The translations under genes were made by a program, and so were the position numbers. From Escherichia coli (GTDB lineage Bacteria > Pseudomonadota > Gammaproteobacteria > Enterobacterales > Enterobacteriaceae), in NCBI GenBank assembly GCA_025336725.1, contig GCA_025336725.1_3647.1: a stretch of 64,000 nucleotides of DNA; one strand, given 5' to 3'. Positions 35,033-44,952 of the stretch are shown in pieces; position 1 is the first letter of the stretch, and each line of letters starts with the position of its first letter. A model generated the notes under the pieces. It was not told the DNA's origin and ran no database searches. It saw only the letters and a list, made by a program, of their open reading frames with translations.

Positions 35033-37344
35033 TCACCAAAGTAATTAAAAGTAACGGATGTGAAGTTGAATTCGATCCAGAACGTTTAAATAAGGCAGCT
35101 ATTTTCGGTGACGACGGTAACGGCAATTGGTCACATATTGCAATGGATGCATACAAACGTCTGTATGATGGATGCACAACCAAAGAAGTTAACCAAGCTA
35201 TTATAGATTCATGTGTTAGCCGTAAAGACGAAGCACATTCCCGTATGGCTGGTCGTGTTCTTATTGGTCAGATCTATAAAGAGGCTTTTGGAGGGTTTAC
35301 AAAGATCCCTTCCTTACCATCATTCTACAATACCATGGTTGAGAAAGGGTATTGGGAGGATATGGGTTATAGCTTTACTGAGTTAAACACTTTAAACACT
35401 GTTATTGATCACAGTAAAGATCTCGGTTATGGCTATGCAGTCCTTAAACAGTTTCGTGACAAATACGGGATCAAGGATACTCTTAAAGACACCCTGTTTG
35501 AATCTCCCCAGATGATGTTTATGGGGATAGCAATGGCTGTAATGAAGAATATGCCTAAAGAACGCCGTATTAACGATGTTGTAAAATTATACACTTATCT
35601 GTCAGACTTAAAGATCAATGCCCCGACACCGTACTTAAACGGTCTACGCACAGGCAAGACAGGGTATGCATCTTGTTGCGTAATAAAAGCTGACGATACA
35701 GCAAAGTCTATTGGTGTGGCACGTGAAGTTGCTTACACAATGACGGTTAACCAAGCAGGCATTGGCTACTATTTATCGTCAAGATCTGCAGGTGATGGTG
35801 TTCGTGGTAACACGATTAAACATATGGGAAAGCTCCCATATTATCGTGGTATTGATGCTGGGGTTAAGGAGAATAGACAACAATCCCGTGGTGGTTCGGC
35901 AACAGTGTCATTCCTTGCACTGGATCCTCAGATTGATGAGCTAATCCGTTTGAGAAACCCTATGACTGTTGCTTCAAAAAGAATCAACACTATGGATTAT
36001 TCCATAGGTATTAATAGGTCGTTTATCAACCGTGTGGCTAAAAATTTAGATTGGATGCTTGTTTCTTATAAGCACGCACCTCAGCTGCATGAAGGCATCT
36101 TCACCATGTCTATGGAGGAGTTTGATGCAGAGGTTGATCGGATCGCTAAAGATGACAGTATTCCTAAAACATGGATCCGTGCTAGAGATCTTGCTGCTGA
36201 ACTTATCACGCAGCGTACTGAGGTAGGAAGACTGTATGTATACTGGACAGACGAGATGAATAGGCATACACCTTTTAAAGATGTAATCTATTCAAGCAAC
36301 CTGTGTGCAGAGATAGCCCTTCCGACAAAAGGCTATTCAGATATGCGTAATATCTTCAAGTATGATGCTGATGATGGTGAGGTTGCATTGTGCTTCCTAT
36401 CATCTCTTGTAGCTGGGAGGGTTACCCCAGAGGAGTATGAGGACGTTGCATACTACACGGTGCTTATGATTGACAATGTTATGGAAATCATGACATATCC
36501 GTATGAAAATATGGAGAGCACTGTTAAAAAACGCAGATCCATCGGGGTTGGCCTTACCAATGTTGCACATTTTATTGCCAGCCACAAGGTTACTTACGGA
36601 TCTCCTGAAAGTAAACAGCTTGTTCACGATCTTGCAGAACTCCACAGCTACAGCTTGCATAAGGCAAGTTTACGGTTGGCAAAAGAGCGTGGTGTCTGCG
36701 AGTGGATGCATAAAACAAAATATCCAGAAGGTTGGTTACCAATCGACACCTATAACAAAGAGGTCGATAGCGTGGTGAAAGATCCTTCTCTTAAACAGGA
36801 TTGGGAAGGGTTACGTAAAGAAATAATTGAAAATGGTGGGCTACGTAATAGCGTTCTTGAAGCATATATGCCTAATGAAAGCTCTTCGCTGGCAACAAAC
36901 ACCACTAACGGGGTTTATCCTGTCCGTGAGCACATTATCTTTAAAAAGTCGCCACAAGGGCAGGTGCTGTTTATCGTTCCTGACTATGATGAGTTGAAAG
37001 AGTATTACACTTCGGCTTGGGACGTTGATACTAACGACATGATCGATATGTATGCTGTGATTCAAAAATTCACAGGTCAGGCAATCAGCGCGGATTTATA
37101 CATCGACTACACCAAGTTGAAAGATGGTAAAATTTCAATGAAGGAGCAGCTGGGTTACCTTATCCGTGCTACTAAATTCGGGATGAAGACATGGTATTAT
37201 TTAAACTCCAGGGTTGGTGCTGGTGACTCCTTGGCAGAGGAACTTCATGCCAAGAAACAGGCTGAAGATGAAACCAGAAAGAACTATCCTTTGATTGCAG
37301 ATAGTTCAGTTGAAGATCCGTATTGCGAAAGCTGTGCACTATAA
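35029..37344 (+). CDS. nrdA: Ribonucleotide reductase class Ia large subunit
   Basis: 771 aa, NrdA-typical length, followed by NrdB-like and glutaredoxin genes. Confidence 0.7.
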   Translation: MITKVIKSNGCEVEFDPERLNKAAIFGDDGNGNWSHIAMDAYKRLYDGCTTKEVNQAIIDSCVSRKDEAHSRMAGRVLIGQIYKEAFGGFTKIPSLPSFYNTMVEKGYWEDMGYSFTELNTLNTVIDHSKDLGYGYAVLKQFRDKYGIKDTLKDTLFESPQMMFMGIAMAVMKNMPKERRINDVVKLYTYLSDLKINAPTPYLNGLRTGKTGYASCCVIKADDTAKSIGVAREVAYTMTVNQAGIGYYLSSRSAGDGVRGNTIKHMGKLPYYRGIDAGVKENRQQSRGGSATVSFLALDPQIDELIRLRNPMTVASKRINTMDYSIGINRSFINRVAKNLDWMLVSYKHAPQLHEGIFTMSMEEFDAEVDRIAKDDSIPKTWIRARDLAAELITQRTEVGRLYVYWTDEMNRHTPFKDVIYSSNLCAEIALPTKGYSDMRNIFKYDADDGEVALCFLSSLVAGRVTPEEYEDVAYYTVLMIDNVMEIMTYPYENMESTVKKRRSIGVGLTNVAHFIASHKVTYGSPESKQLVHDLAELHSYSLHKASLRLAKERGVCEWMHKTKYPEGWLPIDTYNKEVDSVVKDPSLKQDWEGLRKEIIENGGLRNSVLEAYMPNESSSLATNTTNGVYPVREHIIFKKSPQGQVLFIVPDYDELKEYYTSAWDVDTNDMIDMYAVIQKFTGQAISADLYIDYTKLKDGKISMKEQLGYLIRATKFGMKTWYYLNSRVGAGDSLAEELHAKKQAEDETRKNYPLIADSSVEDPYCESCAL

Positions 37345-37349
37345 TTTTA

Positions 37350-37371
37350 AAGGGGCTTCGGCCCCATTTTA
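37350..37371 (+). terminator. Hairpin plus T-tract between nrdA and nrdB (attenuator-like)
   Basis: GGGGC-ttcg-GCCCC followed by ATTTT. Confidence 0.45.
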
Positions 37372-37382
37372 GAGGTAGAATA

Positions 37383-38470
37383 ATGGCTGTATTTAATGCT
37401 GAGAACACCGCTCATAAAACTGGTGACTATCCGCTGTTTCTGGGACAGCAAATGGGCATGTACGACTCTATCAACAAAAAATATCCACAACTGTTTGAAC
37501 TATACAAAAAACAAAAAGAGCAAGATTGGGCAGAGGATGAAGTGGATTTGTCGCAATCTATTTCAGATTTTGTAACATGCTCTAAGTCAACTTATGACGT
37601 GATGGTGCAGACCTTGATGTGGCAATGGGAGGCTGATAGCGTTGCGGCAAGATCGATTATCTGCCTCTTTTCACCATTCATCACTAATAGCGAGCTTTTC
37701 ACTCTACTGATGAAACAGTCAGAGATTGAAGTTCTTCACGCACTAACCTACTCAGAGATTGTTAGACAATGCCTCCCTAATGCTCGTGAGATTATAGAAG
37801 AGATTCAGGAAAACCAAAACGTTCTGAGCAGATCTGGCGTTATTGTCAAATACATGCAAGAGCTTGAGATTATTGGTGCAAAATACCGACTGGATCCTTC
37901 TAGTGTTGAAGAAGATATTGTGCGGAAATGCATTCTTAGAGCGCTTTTGCACTTTTAGCTCTGGAAAGTATTGAGTTTGTGCAAGTTTTGCATATACTTT
38001 CGCAGTAGCTGAACAGGGTATTTTTTGTTCAGGTAGCGCAGCTTGTTCAAAAAATCATGCTTGACGAAATGCTGCACTCGAAAGGTGATTTTGCCATCAT
38101 TGATATCCTGCTTAATGATCCAGCATGGGAGAAAAGCTTCCTTGAGATAAAAGGGGAGTTAAAAGAGATTCTTGATGAAGTACGAACCAAAGAGTACGGT
38201 TGGAGCGACTATATTTTCAGCGAAGGAAGAGCGATTATAGGTCTTAACTCACCGTTGCTTAAAGAATGGGTTGACTATAACTGTTCACCGATTTATGATT
38301 ACTACGACATCGACAAAGACTTTGTGCCGCCAACAAAGGACCCGCTACCGTTTATGCAGGTGTGGATGAAACCTTCATTGCAACAGACGGCGAACCAAGA
38401 AATGTCGAACACTGACTACCGCGTCAACACAACTGTTAACGACGCTGAAGAAGAAATTTGGGAGTTTTAA
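37383..38470 (+). CDS. nrdB: Ribonucleotide reductase small subunit, disrupted by about three frameshifts
   Basis: N-part has ExxH-Y (EIEVLHALTY); the SFAxxFAxAE and DEMLH motifs appear in different frames within 37940-38060, each switch at a T-run. Confidence 0.65.
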
Positions 38471-38473
38471 TAT

Positions 38474-38752
38474 ATGAGCTGCGAAAAATCTTTTTTCATC
38501 ATCATTTACGGTAAGGATAACTGCCCACATTGTGTAAGAGCAAAAGAATTTGCAGTCAGTAAAGGCATACCTTTCGTATACAAGACGCTAGGTGAGGGAT
38601 ACACAAAAGAAGAGCTTATCGAGAAGTGTAGCCCATTTGTTCCCAGAACGTTGCCTCAGATCTTCTTGGAAAGCAACCTTAACAGTATCCACATAGGAGG
38701 TGCTGACGATTTCATCTCTTTTGTTAAGAATGGTTTTGGAGAGAAAAAGTGA
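38474..38752 (+). CDS. Glutaredoxin (NrdH-like)
   Basis: 92 aa with CPHC redox motif near the N-terminus. Confidence 0.65.
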   Translation: MSCEKSFFIIIYGKDNCPHCVRAKEFAVSKGIPFVYKTLGEGYTKEELIEKCSPFVPRTLPQIFLESNLNSIHIGGADDFISFVKNGFGEKK

Positions 38753-41378
38753 AAGTTGTAAAACGGGACGGTAGAGAAGAGTTTTATAACGGAATCAAGG
38801 TGATCAAGGCGGCAGAGTCCGCCTTACTTGAGTCTGGGCATACTGAAGAAGAAGCTTACCGGATTGCCTGCGCGGTTAATGAAGTTGTTGCCAACAATCT
38901 GCCAACCGACCAGTGCACGATCTCTGTAAAAAATATCCATATCCTTGTTGAAGATGCTCTTATGGATATGGGTTTAAAATGTGCAGCCAGAGAATACATC
39001 CAGTATAGACAGACAAGAGATAATAACAGAGAGGCAGGTGGAAAACTGCTTGCAGATATTAGTGGCTTTTTGGATCGTACTTGTGATGAATTTACAAAAG
39101 AAAACGCAAATAAGCCTACTAATCATGTACACACTCATCGTGACCTGCTTGCAGGAATCCTTAGCAAACACCTTGCATCAACACAGATCCTGCCAGATCG
39201 TGTCTCAGAAGAGCACAACAAGGGCTTCATCCATGTGCATGATCTTGACTACTTGATCAGTCCGTTAACAAACTGTTGTTTGGTAAATTATCCGGATATG
39301 CTGGAAAACGGATTCAACATTGGTAACGCCCATGTCAGCAAGCCTAAGTCAATAGGGGTTGCAACAACAATCCTTAGCCAAATCTCTAGTGCAGTAGCTA
39401 GTGCTCAATATGGTGGTCAGACTATGAGCCATATTGATCATTATTTGGCACAGTATGCTGAAGCCACCTATGAGAAGAACCTTAAATTTTGTCAGGAGCA
39501 TTGGTTGCCGGATGCTGAAGGCGTTGCAATGCAGATGACTGATAAAGACGTGTTTGACAGTATGCAGACGTTGCTTTATCAAATCAACACGTTAACTTCT
39601 GTCAACGGTTAACAAACTGGCCGTTTTAAAACTCTGCTAACCTCAGTATGAGGGGTCAGCTGATTGCTGGCTAACGGGGAACGCTAAGGCGAAAGCTATG
39701 CCAATCCCGTGACTAGCTTCACAAGGAGTGAGGCGGTTGTAACGACTAACCTTTTGGTGTAGGGATTATGGAAGATTCCGAAACGCAGAGGTCTGATTAA
39801 GAATCACATGGTGTGATTTCAGGCAAGAGATAGTCTGGCCTTGTGGAAACATAAGGGTGGGGACCGCAAACCCCTTTTATCACATTAAGTTTAGGACTTG
39901 ATACCTCGGTCTTTGGTAGAATGATTACCAAAAACTATTTGAAAGTTCACAAAATGGGTCTTGGTGAAGAACGGATCACACCTGTGTTCCCTAAAGTATT
40001 GTTCTTCCTAGAAGAGGGTGTCAACATGAGCCCTGAGGATCCTAACTATGATTTGAAACGATTAGCTCTGGAATGCTCTGCAGAGCGGATTTATCCTGAC
40101 TTTGTTTCTGTTCCGCTAAATCGTAAGGTGACAGGTTCTACAGATGGCAAAGTAACGAGCATGGGTAAACTATAACTGCTCATGTAAAATCTATCTAAAC
40201 GGGGAAACTCCAGAACGGACAATCCCGTGCTAAATGTTCTTTTGAACTAAATGCCTAACGACTAACCGTGATGAATGTAGCGGTGTAGGGTGTAAGCCGA
40301 TGACACTCGAAATGGTAGACACACTAAGTGTGAAGATATAGTCTGATCTGCATGGGAACATGCAGCAGCACTTAAAGGTGCGGGGGTGGACTTGCGAACC
40401 ACCCTGAACATAATGTGTAGAAGTTTCTTATCGAAATATAGCGACCCTGTAACAGGCGAGGAGAAATACCTTGGCAGATTTAACTTAGGTGTTGTTAGCC
40501 TTAACCTACCAATGATTGCGGCAAAAGCTAAGACGGAAGGTGTTGATTTCTTTACCGTTCTAGACGAATATCTGGATTTGGCATATGAAGCTCACCTTGT
40601 AAGGGTTAACCGTCTGAAAGGCACTAAGGCAGGTCAGAACCCCATCATGTGGTGTGAAGGCGCTCTTGCTCGCTTGGATCCTGAAGAGAGTATTGATAAA
40701 CTCTTCTATGACGGGTACGCTTCCATCAGTATTGGGTATATTGGTGTGTATGAAACCTGTCAGATTTTGGGTAGAGAGGGAGACAAGGCTTTAGCTCTTG
40801 GAATCCTTCAGCACATGAAAGATGCTTGTGAGCGATATAAGAAGGAAAGTGGTCTGGCATTCAGCTTGTACGGCACTCCTTCTGAAAGCTTGTGCTACAA
40901 AGCTGCAACCTGTCTGGATCGTGAATATCCTGAGGTATTGAAGCACGAGCATGAATATATCACCAACAGTTTCCACCAACCAGTATGGATCAATAGTTCA
41001 CCTTTTGATAAGTGGAAGTATGAAGAAGGTTTTGCTATGATCTCCTCTGGCGGCAACATTGGATACATAGAGACACCTAACCTGAAAAACAACCTGGATG
41101 CTTTAGAGGCTCTTGTTGACTTCGGGTATAAACACATTATGTATTTTGGTATTAACCAGCCAGTGGATAAATGTCTTAAGTGTGGATTCTCTGGTGAGTT
41201 CAGTGCAACAGCTAAAGGGTTCTGCTGCCCTGCGTGCGGATGCCACGATGAACAATATATCTCAGTGATCCGAAGAGTGTCTGGCTATCTCTCCAGCCCG
41301 AACAGTAGGCCGTATAACACAGGTAAACAAGCAGAGGTTATCGAGCGAGTTAAGCACTACGGAAGTTGTGGCTGCTGA
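38749..41378 (+). CDS. nrdD: Anaerobic ribonucleotide reductase, three exons
   Basis: Exon1 38749..39609, exon2 ~39867..40166 (GPQTPF...DTS...GRMIT...PEDPNYDL), exon3 40416..41378 (CRSFL, RVSGYL glycyl-radical motif, CxxC...CxxC). Confidence 0.7.
39610..39866 (+). mobile_element. Group I intron 1 in nrdD (ORF-less, ~257 nt)
   Basis: Exon ends in T, intron begins with TAA stop and ends in G; contains AAGAGATAGTCTGG resembling the group I core; exon reading frame restored after removal. Confidence 0.5.
40167..40415 (+). mobile_element. Group I intron 2 in nrdD (ORF-less, ~249 nt)
   Basis: 5' exon ends ATGGGT, intron ends in G before TGT AGA (CRSFL); contains AAGATATAGTC, the conserved group I core element. 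Confidence 0.6.
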
Positions 41379-41440
41379 TACTTGACAAAAGCCACAAGGA
41401 TGTGGCATATTGTTGGTACACAGTAAACTAGGAGGTGCAG

Positions 41441-41560
41441 TATGTCTACAGGTATTTATAAAATTTGCAAGTGCGGTTGCCATTGTAATCTTCGTTGGTG
41501 CAAGGCGCTGGATGATTTTATTTGGTATTGCCCTGAATGTGGTGCGGAGTATCTATGAAC
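41441..41560 (+). CDS. Small Cys-rich zinc-ribbon protein (39 aa), not in ORF track
   Basis: ATG preceded by AGGAGGTG; MSTGIYKICKCGCHC...WYCPECGAEYL. Confidence 0.35.
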
Positions 41561-42028
41561 ATTGCCGGATACACAGAAATATCTTACACCGAAGGGCCAG
41601 GTATTAGAACTGCCTTGTGGGTATCTGGGTGCCCACACGCTTGCCCTGGTTGCTTTAATCAGGCATTTTGGTCAAAAGATAAGGGAAGAGAGTTCACCGA
41701 GGAAGACTTGCAAAAAATCTTGTCAGATTTGGACAACCCGTCTGTGTGCGGTATCTCTCTGCTGGGTGGAGAACCCTTGGCATACTATAATGAGCCGGGT
41801 ATTATTAGCCTGATGGAGAAAATTAAGGAAAAATTTGGTGACAAGAAAACTATTCTTGTGTATACTGGGTTCACATTTGACCATATCTCTAGTGATGTTC
41901 TTAAACTGGCTGATATCATCATTGATGGTAAGTATATAAAAGATTTGCCAACCAAGAAACCGTTCCGAGGAAGCGATAACCAAAGAATGTTTAAAAAAGT
42001 AGCAGGTGGGTGGGTTCAGGTAGACTAA
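41555..42028 (+). CDS. nrdG: Anaerobic RNR activating enzyme (radical SAM)
   Basis: Cys cluster GCPHACPGC near the N-terminus; start refined to MNIAGYTEIS. Confidence 0.65.
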   Translation: MNIAGYTEISYTEGPGIRTALWVSGCPHACPGCFNQAFWSKDKGREFTEEDLQKILSDLDNPSVCGISLLGGEPLAYYNEPGIISLMEKIKEKFGDKKTILVYTGFTFDHISSDVLKLADIIIDGKYIKDLPTKKPFRGSDNQRMFKKVAGGWVQVD

Positions 42029-42031
42029 TTG

Positions 42032-42061
42032 TTGACAAAGCTTTGTTTAGACGGGTATAAT
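42032..42061 (+). promoter_or_regulatory. Sigma70-type promoter
   Basis: TTGACA - 18 nt - TATAAT. Confidence 0.5.
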
Positions 42062-42092
42062 TATCGTAAAATGAAAGCAGAGGAGGTGCCAA

Positions 42093-42206
42093 ATGGCTAA
42101 AAAGGCCTTGAAGAAGGCGTATAAAAAAGAGATTGCGCTTGAGCTTAAGAAAAAACACAAGCGTGAAAAGAAACATCATGAGGATGAAGAGGGGGTGCAA
42201 CAGTGA
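42093..42206 (+). CDS. Small basic protein (37 aa), not in ORF track
   Basis: ATG after GAGGAGGTG; Lys-rich MAKKALKKAYKKEIALELKKKHKREKK. Confidence 0.3.
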   Translation: MAKKALKKAYKKEIALELKKKHKREKKHHEDEEGVQQ

Positions 42207-42553
42207 CACAAGAACGTATTGATTTGGCTAATAAGTTTGTAGATCTCATTTTGCCACGGTTAGTTACTCAACATGCTGACGCTATTTCTACTAATCTCGA
42301 TGGCTTACGCCTAATGCTGAATCGCACAGATGACCCTCGTATTCGGGCCGATTTAGAAGCCTCTGCCAACAAACTGGAAAAGTTCTTGCAAGTAGACACG
42401 CAAGAAGCCTTACACAATATTATGGTGGAAGGTTTCTCTAAAGAATTTACCGTTAAAGAGCTTAAGGAGCTGATCCACCAAGAAGAGATGAATATCCGAG
42501 TTCAGGCTGTTGCAAGCAGCATGGAAGCGGCTATCGAAAAACTGTTGCAATAA
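42203..42553 (+). CDS. Hypothetical protein
   Basis: 116-aa track ORF. Confidence 0.3.
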   Translation: MTQERIDLANKFVDLILPRLVTQHADAISTNLDGLRLMLNRTDDPRIRADLEASANKLEKFLQVDTQEALHNIMVEGFSKEFTVKELKELIHQEEMNIRVQAVASSMEAAIEKLLQ

Positions 42554-42591
42554 AAGTTCCAGACACATCTCAATCTGAAAGGAGTCCCACT

Positions 42592-43380
42592 ATGGGTCGA
42601 GCTAAAGAAACAAAACGCATGCGTGATGAAGCCAGAGAGGCTCGTAAATCTGATCGCCTGCGTAAGGCTGCTGAGAAATTTGCTGACGAACGAGAGCACA
42701 CCGCTCCAGCTCTCCGACCAATGAATAAAAAGCAGCAAAAGTATCTTGATTATCTAGGGTCACGTAAGATTATTATTGTAAACGGTGTGTTTGGGTCTGG
42801 TAAGACATTCATGGCATCTGCATATGCAGGTGATCTTCTGCGTAAGAACGAGATTGATAAGATCATTGTTGCACGCCCTTACGTTCAGACAGGAAAGACT
42901 TCAGGATTTAAACCCGGAAATGCAATGCAGAAACTGTGGCCCTATCTTCGGAGTATGATGGACACGATTTGTCGTCGTGTTGGCAAAGGTGCTTTTGCAG
43001 CAATGCTGGGAGACGGTCAGAACAGCCGTATCGAGATTTGTGAAGTTGAAAGTATTCGTGGTCGTAGTTTCGATGAACGATGCTTTGTCCTAATTGACGA
43101 GGCACAGCAAACTAACCCTGAAGAAATGTTGTCAATTATCACAAGGATTTCCGATCAGGCCACCCTTGTAATTATGGGGGACAATAGCCAACGAGACATT
43201 CCTGGTAAATCTGGCCTTGCATGGGTGACAGATTTCTTTACACGACATCCAGATCCTGAAGTTGGGATGATTAGCTTTGATAGTCCTGACGATGTTGTTC
43301 GTTCTGGACTGGGTCGTCAGATTGCACTCAATCTTATTGAGGACCGTGCAAACCGTATTTGGACTCCTGTTTCCGAGTAA
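42592..43380 (+). CDS. phoH: PhoH-like ATPase
   Basis: Walker A GVFGSGKT, Walker B VLIDEAQ. Confidence 0.7.
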   Translation: MGRAKETKRMRDEAREARKSDRLRKAAEKFADEREHTAPALRPMNKKQQKYLDYLGSRKIIIVNGVFGSGKTFMASAYAGDLLRKNEIDKIIVARPYVQTGKTSGFKPGNAMQKLWPYLRSMMDTICRRVGKGAFAAMLGDGQNSRIEICEVESIRGRSFDERCFVLIDEAQQTNPEEMLSIITRISDQATLVIMGDNSQRDIPGKSGLAWVTDFFTRHPDPEVGMISFDSPDDVVRSGLGRQIALNLIEDRANRIWTPVSE

Positions 43381-43424
43381 CATATAAGGGTGGTTATTCC
43401 ACCCTTGAATATCTAAAACACTTG

Positions 43425-43453
43425 TTGACAAACAGACAAGCTTTAGGTATTAT
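43425..43453 (+). promoter_or_regulatory. Sigma70-type promoter
   Basis: TTGACA - 17 nt - TATTAT, preceded by hairpin GGGTGG-ttatt-CCACCC. Confidence 0.5.
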
Positions 43454-43481
43454 TGCCTGACAAAACGAGGAGAAGAACAGT

Positions 43482-43793
43482 ATGGCTACGATACAAGAGA
43501 GATTGAATAAAATCTACTGCCTGTTTGTCTATAACGGCGAGACAATTTTGGCAAATAAAGGATACAAGAATGTGTGGATTAAGGACAGCGGTGGTAATAT
43601 AATCAACTTGGCTCTACTACGTGAGCGAAGACACCGATTCTTCACTGAGTCTCGTGTTATTGAAAGCAACACCTTTTACAGAACAGGTGATAAAGTAATT
43701 GTTGACAATGACACGTGGTATGTGGTAGACTGGCAATCGTTGACCTGTGATGCTTCTGACAATTGCAAGTATTCCATGGTAATTGCCAAATAA
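43482..43793 (+). CDS. Hypothetical protein
   Basis: 103-aa track ORF. Confidence 0.3.
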   Translation: MATIQERLNKIYCLFVYNGETILANKGYKNVWIKDSGGNIINLALLRERRHRFFTESRVIESNTFYRTGDKVIVDNDTWYVVDWQSLTCDASDNCKYSMVIAK

Positions 43794-43854
43794 AGGCAAA
43801 CGAGAATCAGGTTTAAATAAATCGCTTTTAATTTTCCAACATTAAGGACCTCAC

Positions 43855-44901
43855 ATGAATTTAACACCTCGCAGCACCATGGTACACGGCATGAAAGAAA
43901 AACAGAACGGCTTCGAACCGATGAGTAATAAAATGTTTGGTATGCCGGGTGGTATTATGGAAACATACAGCTACCCAACACCTGTTGTTGACCACGTTCT
44001 TTATATCGACGATTTGGAAGATCTACAAGACCATATGTCTCGTCTGCAGACGATCCGTATGGCTCAGCCGGAAGAAAGCATTCGGGTGATCATCAATAGC
44101 CCTGGTGGTTGCGTGCACATTGCAATGGCATATCTGCAGGCATTCCGCGAGTCTCAGGCAAGCGTTGTTGTACATGCTGAAGGGATGTGCTGCTCTGCTG
44201 GAACAATCTTATGGCTGGGTTGCAAAGAACGCACCGTGGCTCCAGATACTGAGTTTATGTTCCACTACTACCAAGGTGGCACTTATGGCAACGGTGTGAA
44301 CATGAATACTCAGGTCAGCTACTGGAAAAAACGTTTCGAACGTCTGATCGAAAAATACTACGGTGGGGTGCTGACAGAAGATGAGATCGCATCCATCACG
44401 GCTGGTGGAGAAGTGTGGTTGGACGGAGAGGAGCTGGCAGCTAGAACTGGAGCTATCATTCTGGACGATGAAAATATTCAGCGTATCCAGAACGGGCAGA
44501 AACCGAAAAAGCTCCTGGCAAAAGGTGATGAAGGGGTATTAGGTGAAGCAGGTCTGCCAGAGATTCACCAGTGCACCTCCCTGGACGAACTGGTTCATGC
44601 TGTTGAGTCTGCAAAAGCAGGTGGTGCGAAAGACGATGTTCACACTGTGTTCCTGAATCTGCAGATGGAAAGTGGTGAGACCGTCCGGATCGGCCTCGGA
44701 GAGATTACCTCAGAAGATCTGCAGCGATTCTCTGTGGTAGAGCTTCAGGACATTTTGTCCCAATTGAAAACCACCCTGAACGGCGGCGAAGAAGTTCAGG
44801 TGAAAGATAAGACCCGTAAGCGTCTGGTGGACAATATTATTAAAACAGCAAAAGAGCTCAATGAAAAAATCCTGGGCGCAGGAATTGTCGAAGAAGCTTA
44901 A
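43855..44901 (+). CDS. ClpP-like serine protease with ~150-aa C-terminal extension
   Basis: INSPGG, GMCCSAGT (Ser), FMFHYYQGG (His), VWLDGEE (Asp) match the ClpP fold and triad. Confidence 0.55.
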   Translation: MNLTPRSTMVHGMKEKQNGFEPMSNKMFGMPGGIMETYSYPTPVVDHVLYIDDLEDLQDHMSRLQTIRMAQPEESIRVIINSPGGCVHIAMAYLQAFRESQASVVVHAEGMCCSAGTILWLGCKERTVAPDTEFMFHYYQGGTYGNGVNMNTQVSYWKKRFERLIEKYYGGVLTEDEIASITAGGEVWLDGEELAARTGAIILDDENIQRIQNGQKPKKLLAKGDEGVLGEAGLPEIHQCTSLDELVHAVESAKAGGAKDDVHTVFLNLQMESGETVRIGLGEITSEDLQRFSVVELQDILSQLKTTLNGGEEVQVKDKTRKRLVDNIIKTAKELNEKILGAGIVEEA

Positions 44902-44913
44902 ACATTAATTCCA

Positions 44914-44935
44914 AAGCCCTCTTCGGAGGGCTTTT
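44914..44935 (+). terminator. Intrinsic terminator
   Basis: AGCCCTC-ttcg-GAGGGCT followed by TTT. Confidence 0.5.
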
Positions 44936-44952
44936 ATGATCTGGAGATTTGC

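Noticed and set aside
10441-38470. Programmed ribosomal frameshifting or read-through as the explanation for the split terL, nrdB, endonuclease VII and HNH genes
   Set aside because: Too many independent events, several at plain T-runs, no slippery heptamer plus stimulatory structure noticed, and an N gap in the same assembly; sequencing error or genuine pseudogenes are more parsimonious.
39921-40175. Treating track ORF 39921..40175 as a free-standing gene or an intron-encoded endonuclease
   Set aside because: Its translation, and the in-frame sequence upstream of its ATG, match the NrdD segment expected between exon 1 and the CRSFL motif, so it is better explained as the middle exon.
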